A stretch of DNA of 64,000 nt from an uncultured Dehalococcoidia bacterium (GCA_950072105.1 CATMOE010000006.1:24755-88754); one strand, 5' to 3'. Positions 18,570 through 27,555 are shown, numbered from the stretch's first letter. Translations and numbers: made by a program. Notes: a model not told the origin generated them from the sequence alone.

Positions 18570-19643
18570 ATGCTGAGACCTTCCGCTTCCAAAGCGACAC
18601 CCGAAGAACTGGAAGGCTTCTACCGGGACCTGGAAACCTACAGCACCGCTCCTCTCTGGACCCGGCAAGAACAGGCCCTGGTCAACGAGCCCAAGAGTAA
18701 AGCCCTACCCTACATATGGCGTTGGAAAGAGCTGCGTCCCCAAGCCATGCGGGCGGCCGAGCTTGTGGGCACCGAGGACGCGGAGCGACGGGTATTGATG
18801 CTGCTGAACCCCGGCTTAGAGGGCCGCATCGCCACTACCAACAGCCTGTTTTCCGGCCTGCAGATCGTCATGCCGGGAGAGTCGGCCCGCGCCCATCGGC
18901 ACACGCCGGCGGCTCTACGATTCATCATCGAAAGCGACGGCGGCCATACCACCGTCGAAGGCGACAAGATACCCATGCTTCCCGGAGATCTGGTGTTGAC
19001 GCCCAACTGGACCTGGCACGACCACGGCAACACCACCGGCAACCCCATCATCTGGCTGGACGGTCTGGACCTGCCTTTGACCCACCTGCTGGAAGCCGTA
19101 TTCTTCGAGCCCTATCCCGAGGACATCCAACCGATCACCTTTCCCACCGATTCTTCCCTGACCGCCTACGGCTCCGGCGTGCTGCGTCCCGCCTGGGAAA
19201 AACCTCAGAGTACTCATTCGCCGCTGATGCACTATCCGTGGGACAAGACATGGTCGGCGCTGCAGGGCTTGGCCCCGGTGGCCGACGGAAGCCCATATGA
19301 CGGAGTGATTCTGGAATACACCAATCCCAATACCGGCGGACCGGTCATGCCGACAATGGCCTGCCATGCGCAGTTGCTGCGACCCAGCGAAGCCACCAAG
19401 GCCCACCGCCACACCGCCAGCGTCATCTACCATGTGGTTGAAGGGGAAGGCTATTCGATCGTTGACGGACAGAGATTGGATTGGAGCGAAAAGGACGTTT
19501 TCTGCGTTCCTGGCTGGGCTTTCCACGAGCACGTCAACTCGTCGGCCGCCAACCCCGCGGTGTTGTTCAGCTTCACCGATGCACCCGTCCTGCATGCCTT
19601 GAGCCTGCTACGAGAGCAACCCCATCCCCAAGAACACCAGTAG
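18570..19643 (+). CDS. Gentisate 1,2-dioxygenase-like bicupin, copy 1
   Basis: ERRVL.L.NPG, AHRHT.AALRF, TPNWTWHDH, WLDGLD, second HRHT. Confidence 0.9.
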   Translation: MLRPSASKATPEELEGFYRDLETYSTAPLWTRQEQALVNEPKSKALPYIWRWKELRPQAMRAAELVGTEDAERRVLMLLNPGLEGRIATTNSLFSGLQIVMPGESARAHRHTPAALRFIIESDGGHTTVEGDKIPMLPGDLVLTPNWTWHDHGNTTGNPIIWLDGLDLPLTHLLEAVFFEPYPEDIQPITFPTDSSLTAYGSGVLRPAWEKPQSTHSPLMHYPWDKTWSALQGLAPVADGSPYDGVILEYTNPNTGGPVMPTMACHAQLLRPSEATKAHRHTASVIYHVVEGEGYSIVDGQRLDWSEKDVFCVPGWAFHEHVNSSAANPAVLFSFTDAPVLHALSLLREQPHPQEHQ

Positions 19644-19676
19644 GCGGCTGGAACCGCGTCAATGCTGGCAGCTACA

Positions 19677-19708
19677 TCCCCCCTTGGGAAGGGGGCCCGA
19701 CAGGGAGG
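19677..19708. repeat. Palindromic repeat family A; closest intergenic relative of the gatA insert
   Basis: TCCCCCCTT-GGG-AAGGGGG-CCCGACAGGGAGG. Confidence 0.7.
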
Positions 19709-19738
19709 TCGTGTCCTCCCTGGGAAATACTCGGCTCG

Positions 19739-20575
19739 CTACTCCAGAATAATGTTGTCGATCAAGCGGGGTTTGCCCAACTGAACGGCCACGGAAACCA
19801 TTACGCGCCCCTTAACTATGTCTAACTCTTCCAGGGTTTCGGCGTTGGCCACACTAACGTAGTCGATGCGTTCGATCAACCCTTCGCTCTCCAACACCAG
19901 TCTGGTCTCCGAACGGATCCAACTGCCGTCGGTGATCCCCTCCTGCCAAAGTCTTTGCGCCAACTGTAACGCCCGGTAAACAACCGGCGCGGCCCGGCGT
20001 TGTTCCTCAGTGAGATAGGCATTGCGGCTGCTGAGGGCCAATCCGTCGCTGTCCCGCACCGTGGGAACCATCACTACCTCCACATCCAGGTCTAGATCAC
20101 GGACCATCTTGCGGATAACCGCCGACTGCTGCCCATCCTTCTGCCCAAAATAGGCCCGGTCGGGACCGATGATGTTAAACAGCTTGGCAACCACCGTGGC
20201 CACTCCCCGGAAGTGGCCGGAGCGGTGCGCCCCCTCCAACCGGTCGCCCAGTCCGCCAACATCCACCCAGGTGTTGAATCCCGGCGGGTAGATCTCTTCA
20301 ACACTTGGCGTGAACACCAGGTCCACCCCCTCTTCCCGGAGCAAAGCCAAGTCCCGCTCCAGGTCGCGGGGATAAGCCGACAGGTCTTCTTGGGGTCCGA
20401 ACTGGGAAGGATTAACGAAGATCGTCGCCGCAAGGGTTGAGTTATCCTTGCGCGCTTGCTTCACCAAAGCCATGTGGCCTTCGTGAAGCGCGCCCATGGT
20501 AGGCACCAAGCCCAGGGGACGCTTGGCTGAACGGCAGGCTCTGGACATCTGGCGCCGGTTTTGGAGGACTTGCAT
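19739..20575 (-). CDS. panC: Pantoate--beta-alanine ligase
   Basis: VPTMGALHEGH, FVNPSQF, YFGQKDGQQ, GLALSSRN, RLIDN. Confidence 0.97.
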   Translation of the reverse strand: MQVLQNRRQMSRACRSAKRPLGLVPTMGALHEGHMALVKQARKDNSTLAATIFVNPSQFGPQEDLSAYPRDLERDLALLREEGVDLVFTPSVEEIYPPGFNTWVDVGGLGDRLEGAHRSGHFRGVATVVAKLFNIIGPDRAYFGQKDGQQSAVIRKMVRDLDLDVEVVMVPTVRDSDGLALSSRNAYLTEEQRRAAPVVYRALQLAQRLWQEGITDGSWIRSETRLVLESEGLIERIDYVSVANAETLEELDIVKGRVMVSVAVQLGKPRLIDNIILE

Positions 20576-20656
20576 GAAGACGCCGTTTCTCCTTGAAGGC
20601 CGGTACTTTACCTCGACCCCAGGCCAAGCGGCAAGAGGGGTTGGGCGGGGACCTAT

Positions 20657-21496
20657 TTAGGGCAGGACGGTCAGGTTTTCCAAGATCGATTCGTCCATCC
20701 CAAAGCTTTGCTTATCGGTGGGGAAGGTTCCGCCTTCGACGTCCTGGACGTATTGGGCGAACGCCTCTTTTATCGACTCGGCCAATCGGGCATACTGTTT
20801 CGCGTGCTTAGGCACAAAATCGGTGAACAGCCCAAGCATGTCGTGGAGTACCTGGACCTGTCCGTCGCACTCAACTCCAGCCCCGATGCCGATGGTAGGC
20901 ACGGTCAATTGTCTTGATATCAGACCTGCCAGTGGAGTCGGCACCAGTTCCAAGACAATGGCATAAGCGCCGGCAGCCTCCAGGGCTTTGGCGTCACGCA
21001 ACAACTTGGCCGCCGCTTCCCGGTCCCGGCCCTGCACGCGGTATCCTCCAAAGGAGTTGATGGACTGGGGGATGAGTCCGATGTGGCCCATCACCGGTAT
21101 GCCACTCTCAACCATCCGGTTTACTGTATCCGCCACGTTCTCGCCACCCTCCAGCTTTACGGTTTGCGCGCCGCCTTCTTGGATCAATCGGGCGGCGTTG
21201 GCGAGTGCCTGGGACTGGTCTATGTGGTAAGTCATAAAAGGCATGTCGGCGACCACCAGCGCTTGCTTGGCGCCCCGGACCACGGCTTTGGTATGGTGCA
21301 AAATGTCATCCATCGTCACCTTGACGGTGGACTCGTAGCCCAGCACAACCATGCCCAGGCTGTCGCCAACCAGGAGTATTGGTATCCCGGCTTGATCAGC
21401 CAGGCATGCCGAGGTGTAGTCGTAGGCAGTAACCATGGGTATCTTTTTACCGTCGGCCTTCATCTGGCCGATGTCCCTGATGGTCACCTTTGCCAT
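20657..21496 (-). CDS. panB: 3-methyl-2-oxobutanoate hydroxymethyltransferase
   Basis: MVTAYD, LVGDSLG, VKLEGG, GHIGL.PQ, IGIGAG; GGAGG RBS before MAKVTI. Confidence 0.97.
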   Translation of the reverse strand: MAKVTIRDIGQMKADGKKIPMVTAYDYTSACLADQAGIPILLVGDSLGMVVLGYESTVKVTMDDILHHTKAVVRGAKQALVVADMPFMTYHIDQSQALANAARLIQEGGAQTVKLEGGENVADTVNRMVESGIPVMGHIGLIPQSINSFGGYRVQGRDREAAAKLLRDAKALEAAGAYAIVLELVPTPLAGLISRQLTVPTIGIGAGVECDGQVQVLHDMLGLFTDFVPKHAKQYARLAESIKEAFAQYVQDVEGGTFPTDKQSFGMDESILENLTVLP

Positions 21497-21550
21497 GCTT
21501 GCAACCTCCGGAAATTTGGGTATGCCGATGTTCGCCCTGGGGAACCGACT

Positions 21551-21579
21551 CCCCTCAATCCCCCGGTTTGGAAGGGGGA
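21551..21579. repeat. Palindromic repeat family A (degenerate)
   Basis: CCCCTCAATCCCCC-GGTTTGGAA-GGGGGA between the DUF2520 gene and panB. Confidence 0.5.
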
Positions 21580-21601
21580 TGCTAGGCCGCATGGCGTTTG
21601 A

Positions 21602-22492
21602 TTATTCGATGCCTATATAGTGGTCGACCAGTTCTTCTATGGCGGTCAATTGGCTTGGGCCCAGGCCGTGCCCTACCGCCAAAGGCAGGGAAGCTCGGGC
21701 CAGATTCCCGTACAGGGACACCAACTCGGGTGAACGTTGAAACAACGCCTCCAAGTGGGAGCGAAGGGTCGACAGGTCGCCGCGGATGGCCGGCCCGGTG
21801 GCGCTGGGCAGCAACCCCTCTCGCGCCACGTTTCCCAGGGTGGCGGAAGACAAAGGCATCAAGGCTTGAATCGCTTGTTCTGGGGAGAAGCCCATCGTTT
21901 CCCAAAGGCTCACGGCTGTTTTCAGCAAAGCCACCAGATAGCCGCACCCGAACACCGCGGCAGCGTGATATAGGGGACGGTCTTCGCCGGGGATGGATAC
22001 GGAATGTCCGTCCAAGTCCTGGGCGATACTGTGCAGATATCCGCCGATCCACCCTTCACCGTCTACCGCGAAAGTTACCCCAGACAGTCTGGCCGCGGCC
22101 TCTTCAGGGGAGGCCAGCCCGGCAAATGTCTGGAAGGGGTGGAAAGCTCCGGTCATCGCGCCCTGTTGGGCGGCGGATTTCAGCAACTCAATGGATGCCC
22201 CGCCGTAGCAATGGACCACTCCTTGGCCGAAACGCCAGTTCACCGACCTCGATACGTCTTCGATAGCAGAATCAGGAGTGGTTATAAAGACCAAGCCGGA
22301 GGCATCTGACAGCGCTTGTGCCGAAGCGTATACATCGCAGCCGGGAATACGGTCCGCCAACCACCGGGCCGAAGCTTCAGAGCGGCTATGTGCGCCGGCA
22401 ACTCGATACCCCCGCTCCGCCAAAGCCAGGGAAAGTCCCCTGCCTAGCACCCCGATCCCGATGAATCCGATATCCAAGTTTCGGTTAGCCAT
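21602..22492 (-). CDS. Rossmann-like + DUF2520 protein; probable alternative ketopantoate reductase (PanG-like)
   Basis: GFIGIGVLG, TTPD, HPFQTF, YHAAA, TGPAIRGD; directly upstream of panB. Confidence 0.85.
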   Translation of the reverse strand: MANRNLDIGFIGIGVLGRGLSLALAERGYRVAGAHSRSEASARWLADRIPGCDVYASAQALSDASGLVFITTPDSAIEDVSRSVNWRFGQGVVHCYGGASIELLKSAAQQGAMTGAFHPFQTFAGLASPEEAAARLSGVTFAVDGEGWIGGYLHSIAQDLDGHSVSIPGEDRPLYHAAAVFGCGYLVALLKTAVSLWETMGFSPEQAIQALMPLSSATLGNVAREGLLPSATGPAIRGDLSTLRSHLEALFQRSPELVSLYGNLARASLPLAVGHGLGPSQLTAIEELVDHYIGIE

Positions 22493-23456
22493 GATTGATC
22501 TCACCGATGGACGGCACCCCGCCCAGACCGGTAGCTGTTTCCGCAGCCCGCAATACCGCCCGGGCGGTGACCTCGACGGAAGCGGCGCCCAATGCGGTAA
22601 GGTCCGAAGTTTGGGGACCCCGACCGGTGGCCATGGCGAACATGGTGTCTCCGTCCCTCATGGTGTGACAGGGCCGAATGGTTAGGGCCAAACCGTCGTG
22701 GCTCAAACCCGCCAGATGGTTGACCTCCTCCCGGCTCAGTAAGGCGTCGGTCGCGACCAGACCAATCGTCGTGTTGGTCATCGACGGACCTTCCTGGCTG
22801 CCGTCGTCTTCCAGGAGGATCTCCATCGGGTCCTCGAAACCGCCGCCTTCACGCCGGGGTCCAGCCATTAAGCGGCCCGTCTTATGGTCGTACAGGCCGC
22901 CATAGGCGTTAACCGCCACAATGGCGGCCACCACCGCGCCGCCGGGGAGCCGCAGGCTAGCGGAGCCGATGCCGCACTTGACCGCCGACGCGATCCCTCT
23001 GCCTTTTGCGACGGTTGCCCCAGTCCCCGCTCCTACGCTACCTTCATCTACTGGACCCGCACCGGCGGCAAGGCAAGCGGCAAGGCCTTCTTCGGGACCG
23101 GGACGAACGTCATGGGCAACCAGGCCCAGATCGAATAGGATGGCCGCCGACACTATCGGGACGATGGCCGGTCCGGCTTCAAAGCCAACACCCTGCCCTT
23201 CCAGGTACCGCACTACCCCGGAAGCAGCGTCAAGGCCGAACGCGCTGCCGCCGCTGAGAAGGATGGCGTGGACCCGGTCCACTCGGTGGGCCGGCCTTAA
23301 CAGGTCGGTTTCCCTGGTGCCTGGAGAGCCACCTCGAACGTCGACGCCGCCCACCGCTCCTTGACGGCAGATAATCACGGTGCAGCCGGTGGCATGGGCC
23401 CGGTCGGTGTAGTGACCGGCCTCCAGCCCTTTGACTGCGGTGATGGTGTTATTCAC
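22485..23456 (-). CDS. Peptidase S58/P1 (DmpA) family Ntn-hydrolase
   Basis: GTG start with GGAGGG RBS; TGCT, DVRGGSPGTRETDLL, GGSAFGL, GAGTGA, NTT cleavage site, DGD; 8-bp overlap with the DUF2520 gene. Confidence 0.92.
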   Translation of the reverse strand: MNNTITAVKGLEAGHYTDRAHATGCTVIICRQGAVGGVDVRGGSPGTRETDLLRPAHRVDRVHAILLSGGSAFGLDAASGVVRYLEGQGVGFEAGPAIVPIVSAAILFDLGLVAHDVRPGPEEGLAACLAAGAGPVDEGSVGAGTGATVAKGRGIASAVKCGIGSASLRLPGGAVVAAIVAVNAYGGLYDHKTGRLMAGPRREGGGFEDPMEILLEDDGSQEGPSMTNTTIGLVATDALLSREEVNHLAGLSHDGLALTIRPCHTMRDGDTMFAMATGRGPQTSDLTALGAASVEVTARAVLRAAETATGLGGVPSIGEINHG

Positions 23457-23502
23457 CCGGCCCTCCGGGCACGCTTGTCCCTTCCAAACAGCGATCCGAG
23501 CC

Positions 23503-23533
23503 AAACAAAAGGAAAGCCCCGACGCAGCGGGGC
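23503..23533 (-). terminator. Intrinsic terminator (attenuator) in the pan operon leader
   Basis: Minus strand GCCCCG-CTGCGT-CGGGGC-TTTCCTTTTGTTT, between promoter and first gene. Confidence 0.75.
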
Positions 23534-23559
23534 GCAAAACATACAACACTTTCGATTGT

Positions 23560-23663
23560 GGCCGTCTCGGTCGGCATAGGATCCCAGCGGCCCACCAGAT
23601 TGCTGAGTCTACGACTGATGTCGCAGACCGCTTGGTGCTCGCCCCCGCTACGGGTGGGCGGCC
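23560..23663 (-). ncRNA. pan RNA motif-like cis-regulatory leader (two hairpins)
   Basis: Minus strand GGCCGCTGGGATC-CTATGCC-GACCGAGACGGCC with bulged As, which resembles the pan motif as I recall it; preceded by a second GGCCGC...GCGGTC hairpin; upstream of pan genes. Confidence 0.65.
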
Positions 23664-23668
23664 ACCAG

Positions 23669-23697
23669 ATTGTAAGAGGGGCCGTTGGGAGTGTCAA
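23669..23697 (-). promoter_or_regulatory. Promoter of the pan operon
   Basis: TTGACA-N17-TACAAT on the minus strand. Confidence 0.75.
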
Positions 23698-23748
23698 GCG
23701 GCACTAACTCTTCCGGGAGTGAGCGCAACTTAAGCCCGGCCAAGACTT

Positions 23749-24993
23749 TTATCCTGAATTCGGCTTTACTTCGCGGGAAGGGCGGAGGGGAATAAATACC
23801 ACAACGACCGCGGATATAGCCGTAAGGATACCGCTATAGTAAAAGATTGAGCTCAACCCTCCCGCGTGGTTGATGATCAACGTGACCAAGAACGGCGAAG
23901 CCGCTCCGATCAGCCCGTTGATCCCAAAGATCAATCCCACCGCCGTCGCTTCGGTACCGCGCCCAACCACGTCCAGTACCGCCGCTTGCATGATCTGGTG
24001 CAACGCGAAGGTACCCAGCCCTAGCCCGGCCAGAACAAAAGCCAGCAGTATCGAATCCCCGGTACTCACAACAAGCAAGGACAACACCGCCGACGAGGCT
24101 AATCCCGGCAGCAGCACCGCTTTCCGGCCGAACTTGTCTGACAGCACGCCCAGCACCGGCGCCGAGAATATTCCCATGCCCGCCAGCAAGGAAATGTGAA
24201 AACCCGCTCTGAAGTGCCCCATTCCTAAACCAGTCTCCATGTCCGTCAGATAGAAGGGTGTCCAATGGAACAGGGCGTTCAACGCTATGCCCCGAAAAGT
24301 GGACGTCAAGATCAGTCCTAAGACGACCGGGTTTCGCAGCAGCCGCAGTCCTGATCCTAACTGAGCCCGTGATCGGGTCCGCTCCCCCGGCGCATCTTCC
24401 TTGCCAATGTCTTTCAGCAACCACCAGACGAGGCCTGCCAAAATCAATGATGGCGCCGCATAGATAAATAGCACGTGGCGCCAGAGAAGTATGGTGAGCA
24501 GCGCTCCAGCCAACAGCGGACCCAACACATTACCGATATTCGACCCGAAGCCATGCATGGCAATGGCAAAACCCCTGCGGTCGCGGAACCGCTGGGACAG
24601 GGCCGCGGCCGCCGGCAGGTGCCACAGCGAGCCGGGGACCGAGACCAGAATCACCGCTGCGATCAAAAGTGGAAAGTTGGTGGAAGCTCCCACCAGGGCA
24701 TAAGCGATGGCGGACCCGGCCATGCACCCGGTCAGAATCATCCCCCACTGGCTTTTGAGGATGTCCACCAACGCTCCCCCGCCCAGGCTGACCAACCCGG
24801 AACCCACCTGCCTGATACTGAGCAACGTTGCCACTTGAGTGTAGCTGAGGCCAAGGGATTGGGCGATGACCGGCATGAATACCGGAAATCCCTGATCGTA
24901 AAGGTGGGAGGCGCCGTGCCCCAACGAGAGACTGGCCAGGATGAATCCACGGCTGCGCCCGCGTTTCAAGGGCACCTGCGCTACCTCATCCAC
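23749..24993 (-). CDS. MFS transporter (FsR-like)
   Basis: About 12 hydrophobic segments; GVLSDKFGRK motif A; HGFGSNIG; GTG start with GGAG RBS. Confidence 0.88.
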   Translation of the reverse strand: MDEVAQVPLKRGRSRGFILASLSLGHGASHLYDQGFPVFMPVIAQSLGLSYTQVATLLSIRQVGSGLVSLGGGALVDILKSQWGMILTGCMAGSAIAYALVGASTNFPLLIAAVILVSVPGSLWHLPAAAALSQRFRDRRGFAIAMHGFGSNIGNVLGPLLAGALLTILLWRHVLFIYAAPSLILAGLVWWLLKDIGKEDAPGERTRSRAQLGSGLRLLRNPVVLGLILTSTFRGIALNALFHWTPFYLTDMETGLGMGHFRAGFHISLLAGMGIFSAPVLGVLSDKFGRKAVLLPGLASSAVLSLLVVSTGDSILLAFVLAGLGLGTFALHQIMQAAVLDVVGRGTEATAVGLIFGINGLIGAASPFLVTLIINHAGGLSSIFYYSGILTAISAVVVVFIPLRPSREVKPNSG

Positions 24994-25177
24994 TGTTCTC
25001 CATTTTTGTTCTGCCGAATAATGCGTAGTGGATGAATAATCAGTGCTTGCGATTCCCTGGGTGAGTCTAAGGTCAAGTCCCGGCCTTGGCAAGACCTAAA
25101 CCAGAACATGAACCCGTGATTTTTGATGATGCCAGTGGGTGCCTATGGCTGGGATGTGACCCTTGTGCTATGCTACC

Positions 25178-25246
25178 GCCTCTGGCGAGGCTCCGGCTGA
25201 TGCCGATAGCTCTCATCTGAACGACGTTCGACAGCCAACCAGAGGC
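25178..25246 (+). ncRNA. Candidate structured leader RNA (three-way junction) upstream of an SDR operon
   Basis: 8-bp GCCTCTGG/CCAGAGGC enclosing GGCT/AGCC, CGGC-TGAT-GCCG and GAAC-GAC-GTTC; just after extended -10 TGcTATGCT. Confidence 0.3.
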
Positions 25247-25291
25247 CGGACTTCAAGTTGGCGTGTCCACCGTTTAAGGAGGCGTTTCACA

Positions 25292-26068
25292 ATGTCTTAC
25301 CCAGGTCTCAGCCTAGAAGGTCAAGTGGCCCTGGTAACCGGCTCCGCGCGTGGCATCGGCGCTGCCCTGGCCATCGGCCTGGCCCAAGCCGGAGCCGATG
25401 TGGCAGTCTCGGATATACCTCAAAAGCTAGATGAAGCCAGAGGAATCCAATCTCAGATCGAAGGATTGGACCGGACAAGCGCCACCTACGCGCTGGACGT
25501 GCTGAACCTGGCAAACATCCGGGAGTCCGTGGCCGCCGTGGTGCGGGACTTCGGGCGGCTGGATATCTTGGTGAACAACGCCGGCATCCGCCGCAGGCAA
25601 CCGGCTCTGGAGGTCACCGAAGAAGACTGGGACGCCGTGGTGGACACTAACCTGAAAGGCGCGTTTTTTTGTTCCCAAGCTGCCGCCCGGCCCATGATCG
25701 ACCAAGGATATGGGCGAATCATCAACATCTCTTCCCAACTGGCGGTGGTAGCACGGGAAGACCGGGCCGCCTACTGCTCCAGCAAGGCCGGTGTAGCCAA
25801 TCTGACCCGGGTTTTGGCCTTGGAGTGGATCAAATACGGTATCACCGTCAACGCCATCGGCCCCGGTCCCACCACAACGCCCGGCTTGCAAGAAGCCGAC
25901 CCCCGGTCACCTTCGGAGGTCCAGCAAGACATGTCGGCCAACATGCCCTTGGGACGGAGGATGGAGCCGGAAGAATTGGTGGGAGCGGCCATCTATCTGG
26001 CCAGCCCTTCGTCATCAGCCACCACAGGTCATTTGTTGATCGTTGACGGAGGGTGGACAGCGATCTAG
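25292..26068 (+). CDS. SDR family oxidoreductase (gluconate 5-DH/KduD-like)
   Basis: TGSARGIG, NNAG, YCSSK, VDGG; AGGAGG RBS. Confidence 0.9.
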   Translation: MSYPGLSLEGQVALVTGSARGIGAALAIGLAQAGADVAVSDIPQKLDEARGIQSQIEGLDRTSATYALDVLNLANIRESVAAVVRDFGRLDILVNNAGIRRRQPALEVTEEDWDAVVDTNLKGAFFCSQAAARPMIDQGYGRIINISSQLAVVAREDRAAYCSSKAGVANLTRVLALEWIKYGITVNAIGPGPTTTPGLQEADPRSPSEVQQDMSANMPLGRRMEPEELVGAAIYLASPSSSATTGHLLIVDGGWTAI

Positions 26069-26070
26069 GC

Positions 26071-26103
26071 CAGCTATCAGCTATCAGCGGTCAGCCATCA
26101 GCA
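26071..26103 (+). repeat. Heptamer tandem repeat (CAGCnnT)n
   Basis: CAGCTAT CAGCTAT CAGCGGT CAGCCAT CAGCA. Confidence 0.7.
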
Positions 26104-26118
26104 TTTAGGAGGTAGACG

Positions 26119-26583
26119 ATGAGCTTGGAGGACCTGGAACGCCGGCTTCAAGTCCTGGAGGACGTTGAGGAGATCAAGCGGCTCAAAGCGCGCTATTGCG
26201 CCTACTGCGACGACAATTACAACGCCGAGGCCATTGCCGGCCTCTTCACCGAGGACGCGGTTTGGGACGGCGGGATCCGTGGCCGAGCCGACGGCCGGGC
26301 GGGAATCCACGACTTCTTTGTCCGGGCTTCCCAGCGGCTGCCCTTTGCGATACACATGGTAATGAACCCGGTCATTGAAGTGGACGGCGATACCGCCACC
26401 GGCTCCTGGTACCTGTTCCAAGCCTGCACCTACGCCGAAGATGATCAGGCAGTGTGGGGTTCGGGCAGATACGACGAGGAGTATGTCAAGATAGACGGGG
26501 TTTGGATGTTCAAACACCTGAAGCTGACGTCCTTTTTCTGGACTCCCTTCGACCAGGGTTGGGCTAAGACACGATTTTCTTAA
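26119..26583 (+). CDS. SnoaL/NTF2-like protein (LinA/BaiE-like dehydratase/hydrolase)
   Basis: LEDVEEIKRLKARYC..D, LFTEDAVW, HMVMNPVIEVDGDTA.G.WY, GRY.EEY. Confidence 0.85.
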   Translation: MSLEDLERRLQVLEDVEEIKRLKARYCAYCDDNYNAEAIAGLFTEDAVWDGGIRGRADGRAGIHDFFVRASQRLPFAIHMVMNPVIEVDGDTATGSWYLFQACTYAEDDQAVWGSGRYDEEYVKIDGVWMFKHLKLTSFFWTPFDQGWAKTRFS

Positions 26584-26609
26584 ACAAGATTCCTTTGGGA
26601 TAGAAGACT

Positions 26610-27365
26610 ATGAACCAGATGCAGGATATGGTTGCCATCGTCACCGGGGCCAGCAGAGGGCTGGGCAAGGCCATCGCCTTGGAGTTCGCCGGGGAGGGGG
26701 CTAGCGTGGCCATCTGCGCCCGCGCCAGTTCACCCACCGGTTTAACCGGCACCATGGATGAGACCGCCCAGGCCATCCGAGACGCCGGAGGCGAGGTCTT
26801 CCCCTTGGTCTGTGACGTGACCGACGACGGCCAAGTTCAGGATATGGTCCGGCAGGTCGAGGAGCACTACGGGCGCATAGACGTACTTTTCAACAACGCT
26901 GGAGCCATGGTACTGGGGGAGTCTATCCTGGAGATAGACCCGGCCAGTTGGGACCGGATCATGACGGTGAACGTGCGGGGCCCCTATCTCTGCTCCCGGG
27001 CAGTCCTGCCTATAATGATGCGCCAGCGCCGGGGCAGCATCATCAACATCGGCTCCCGCATGGCCGACGACCCCACGCAAGGTGGCGGCGTTCTGTACAG
27101 CACCAGCAAGGCGGCCGTCCACATGTTCAGCTTTTGCTTGGCTGATGAGGTGCGGGAATACAACGTCGCCGTCAACGTGCTCTCGCCGGGCAGCCTGCGC
27201 ACCGAAGGCTCGGCCGCGATACCTTGGACCCAGCGTGACTGGCATGAGCGGGTTGAACCTTCTGAGGTAGGCCCGTCCGCCGTCTACCTGGCAAAGCAGG
27301 ACGCCCAATCTTTAACCGGCCAATTGGTCTTGCGGGCGGAGTTCGGAAAAACCTGGGGGATGTAG
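26610..27365 (+). CDS. SDR family oxidoreductase
   Basis: TGASRGLG, NNAG, YSTSK. Confidence 0.9.
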   Translation: MNQMQDMVAIVTGASRGLGKAIALEFAGEGASVAICARASSPTGLTGTMDETAQAIRDAGGEVFPLVCDVTDDGQVQDMVRQVEEHYGRIDVLFNNAGAMVLGESILEIDPASWDRIMTVNVRGPYLCSRAVLPIMMRQRRGSIINIGSRMADDPTQGGGVLYSTSKAAVHMFSFCLADEVREYNVAVNVLSPGSLRTEGSAAIPWTQRDWHERVEPSEVGPSAVYLAKQDAQSLTGQLVLRAEFGKTWGM

Positions 27366-27395
27366 CTTTCAGCTATCAGCGGTCAGCTTTCAGCA
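27363..27395 (+). repeat. Heptamer tandem repeat (CAGCnnT)n
   Basis: TAGCTTT CAGCTAT CAGCGGT CAGCTTT CAGCA; the first unit provides the stop codon. Confidence 0.7.
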
Positions 27396-27402
27396 GTGGG
27401 GA

Positions 27403-27438
27403 CCCCTCTCCCGGCGGGAGAGGGGCCGGAGGTGAGGG
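27403..27438. repeat. Palindromic repeat family A
   Basis: CCCCTCTCCC-GGC-GGGAGAGGGG followed by CCGGAGGTGAGGG. Confidence 0.7.
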
Positions 27439-27555
27439 CCAACCCGCCACGGGTAGCGATTGACAATGGTTGTGGCAGTGAATAGAGTACCGGAATAACG
27501 AGCATCGACTCATTGCCAATCGCGTCGTGAATCGTTCACATGGAGGATTGAATAC

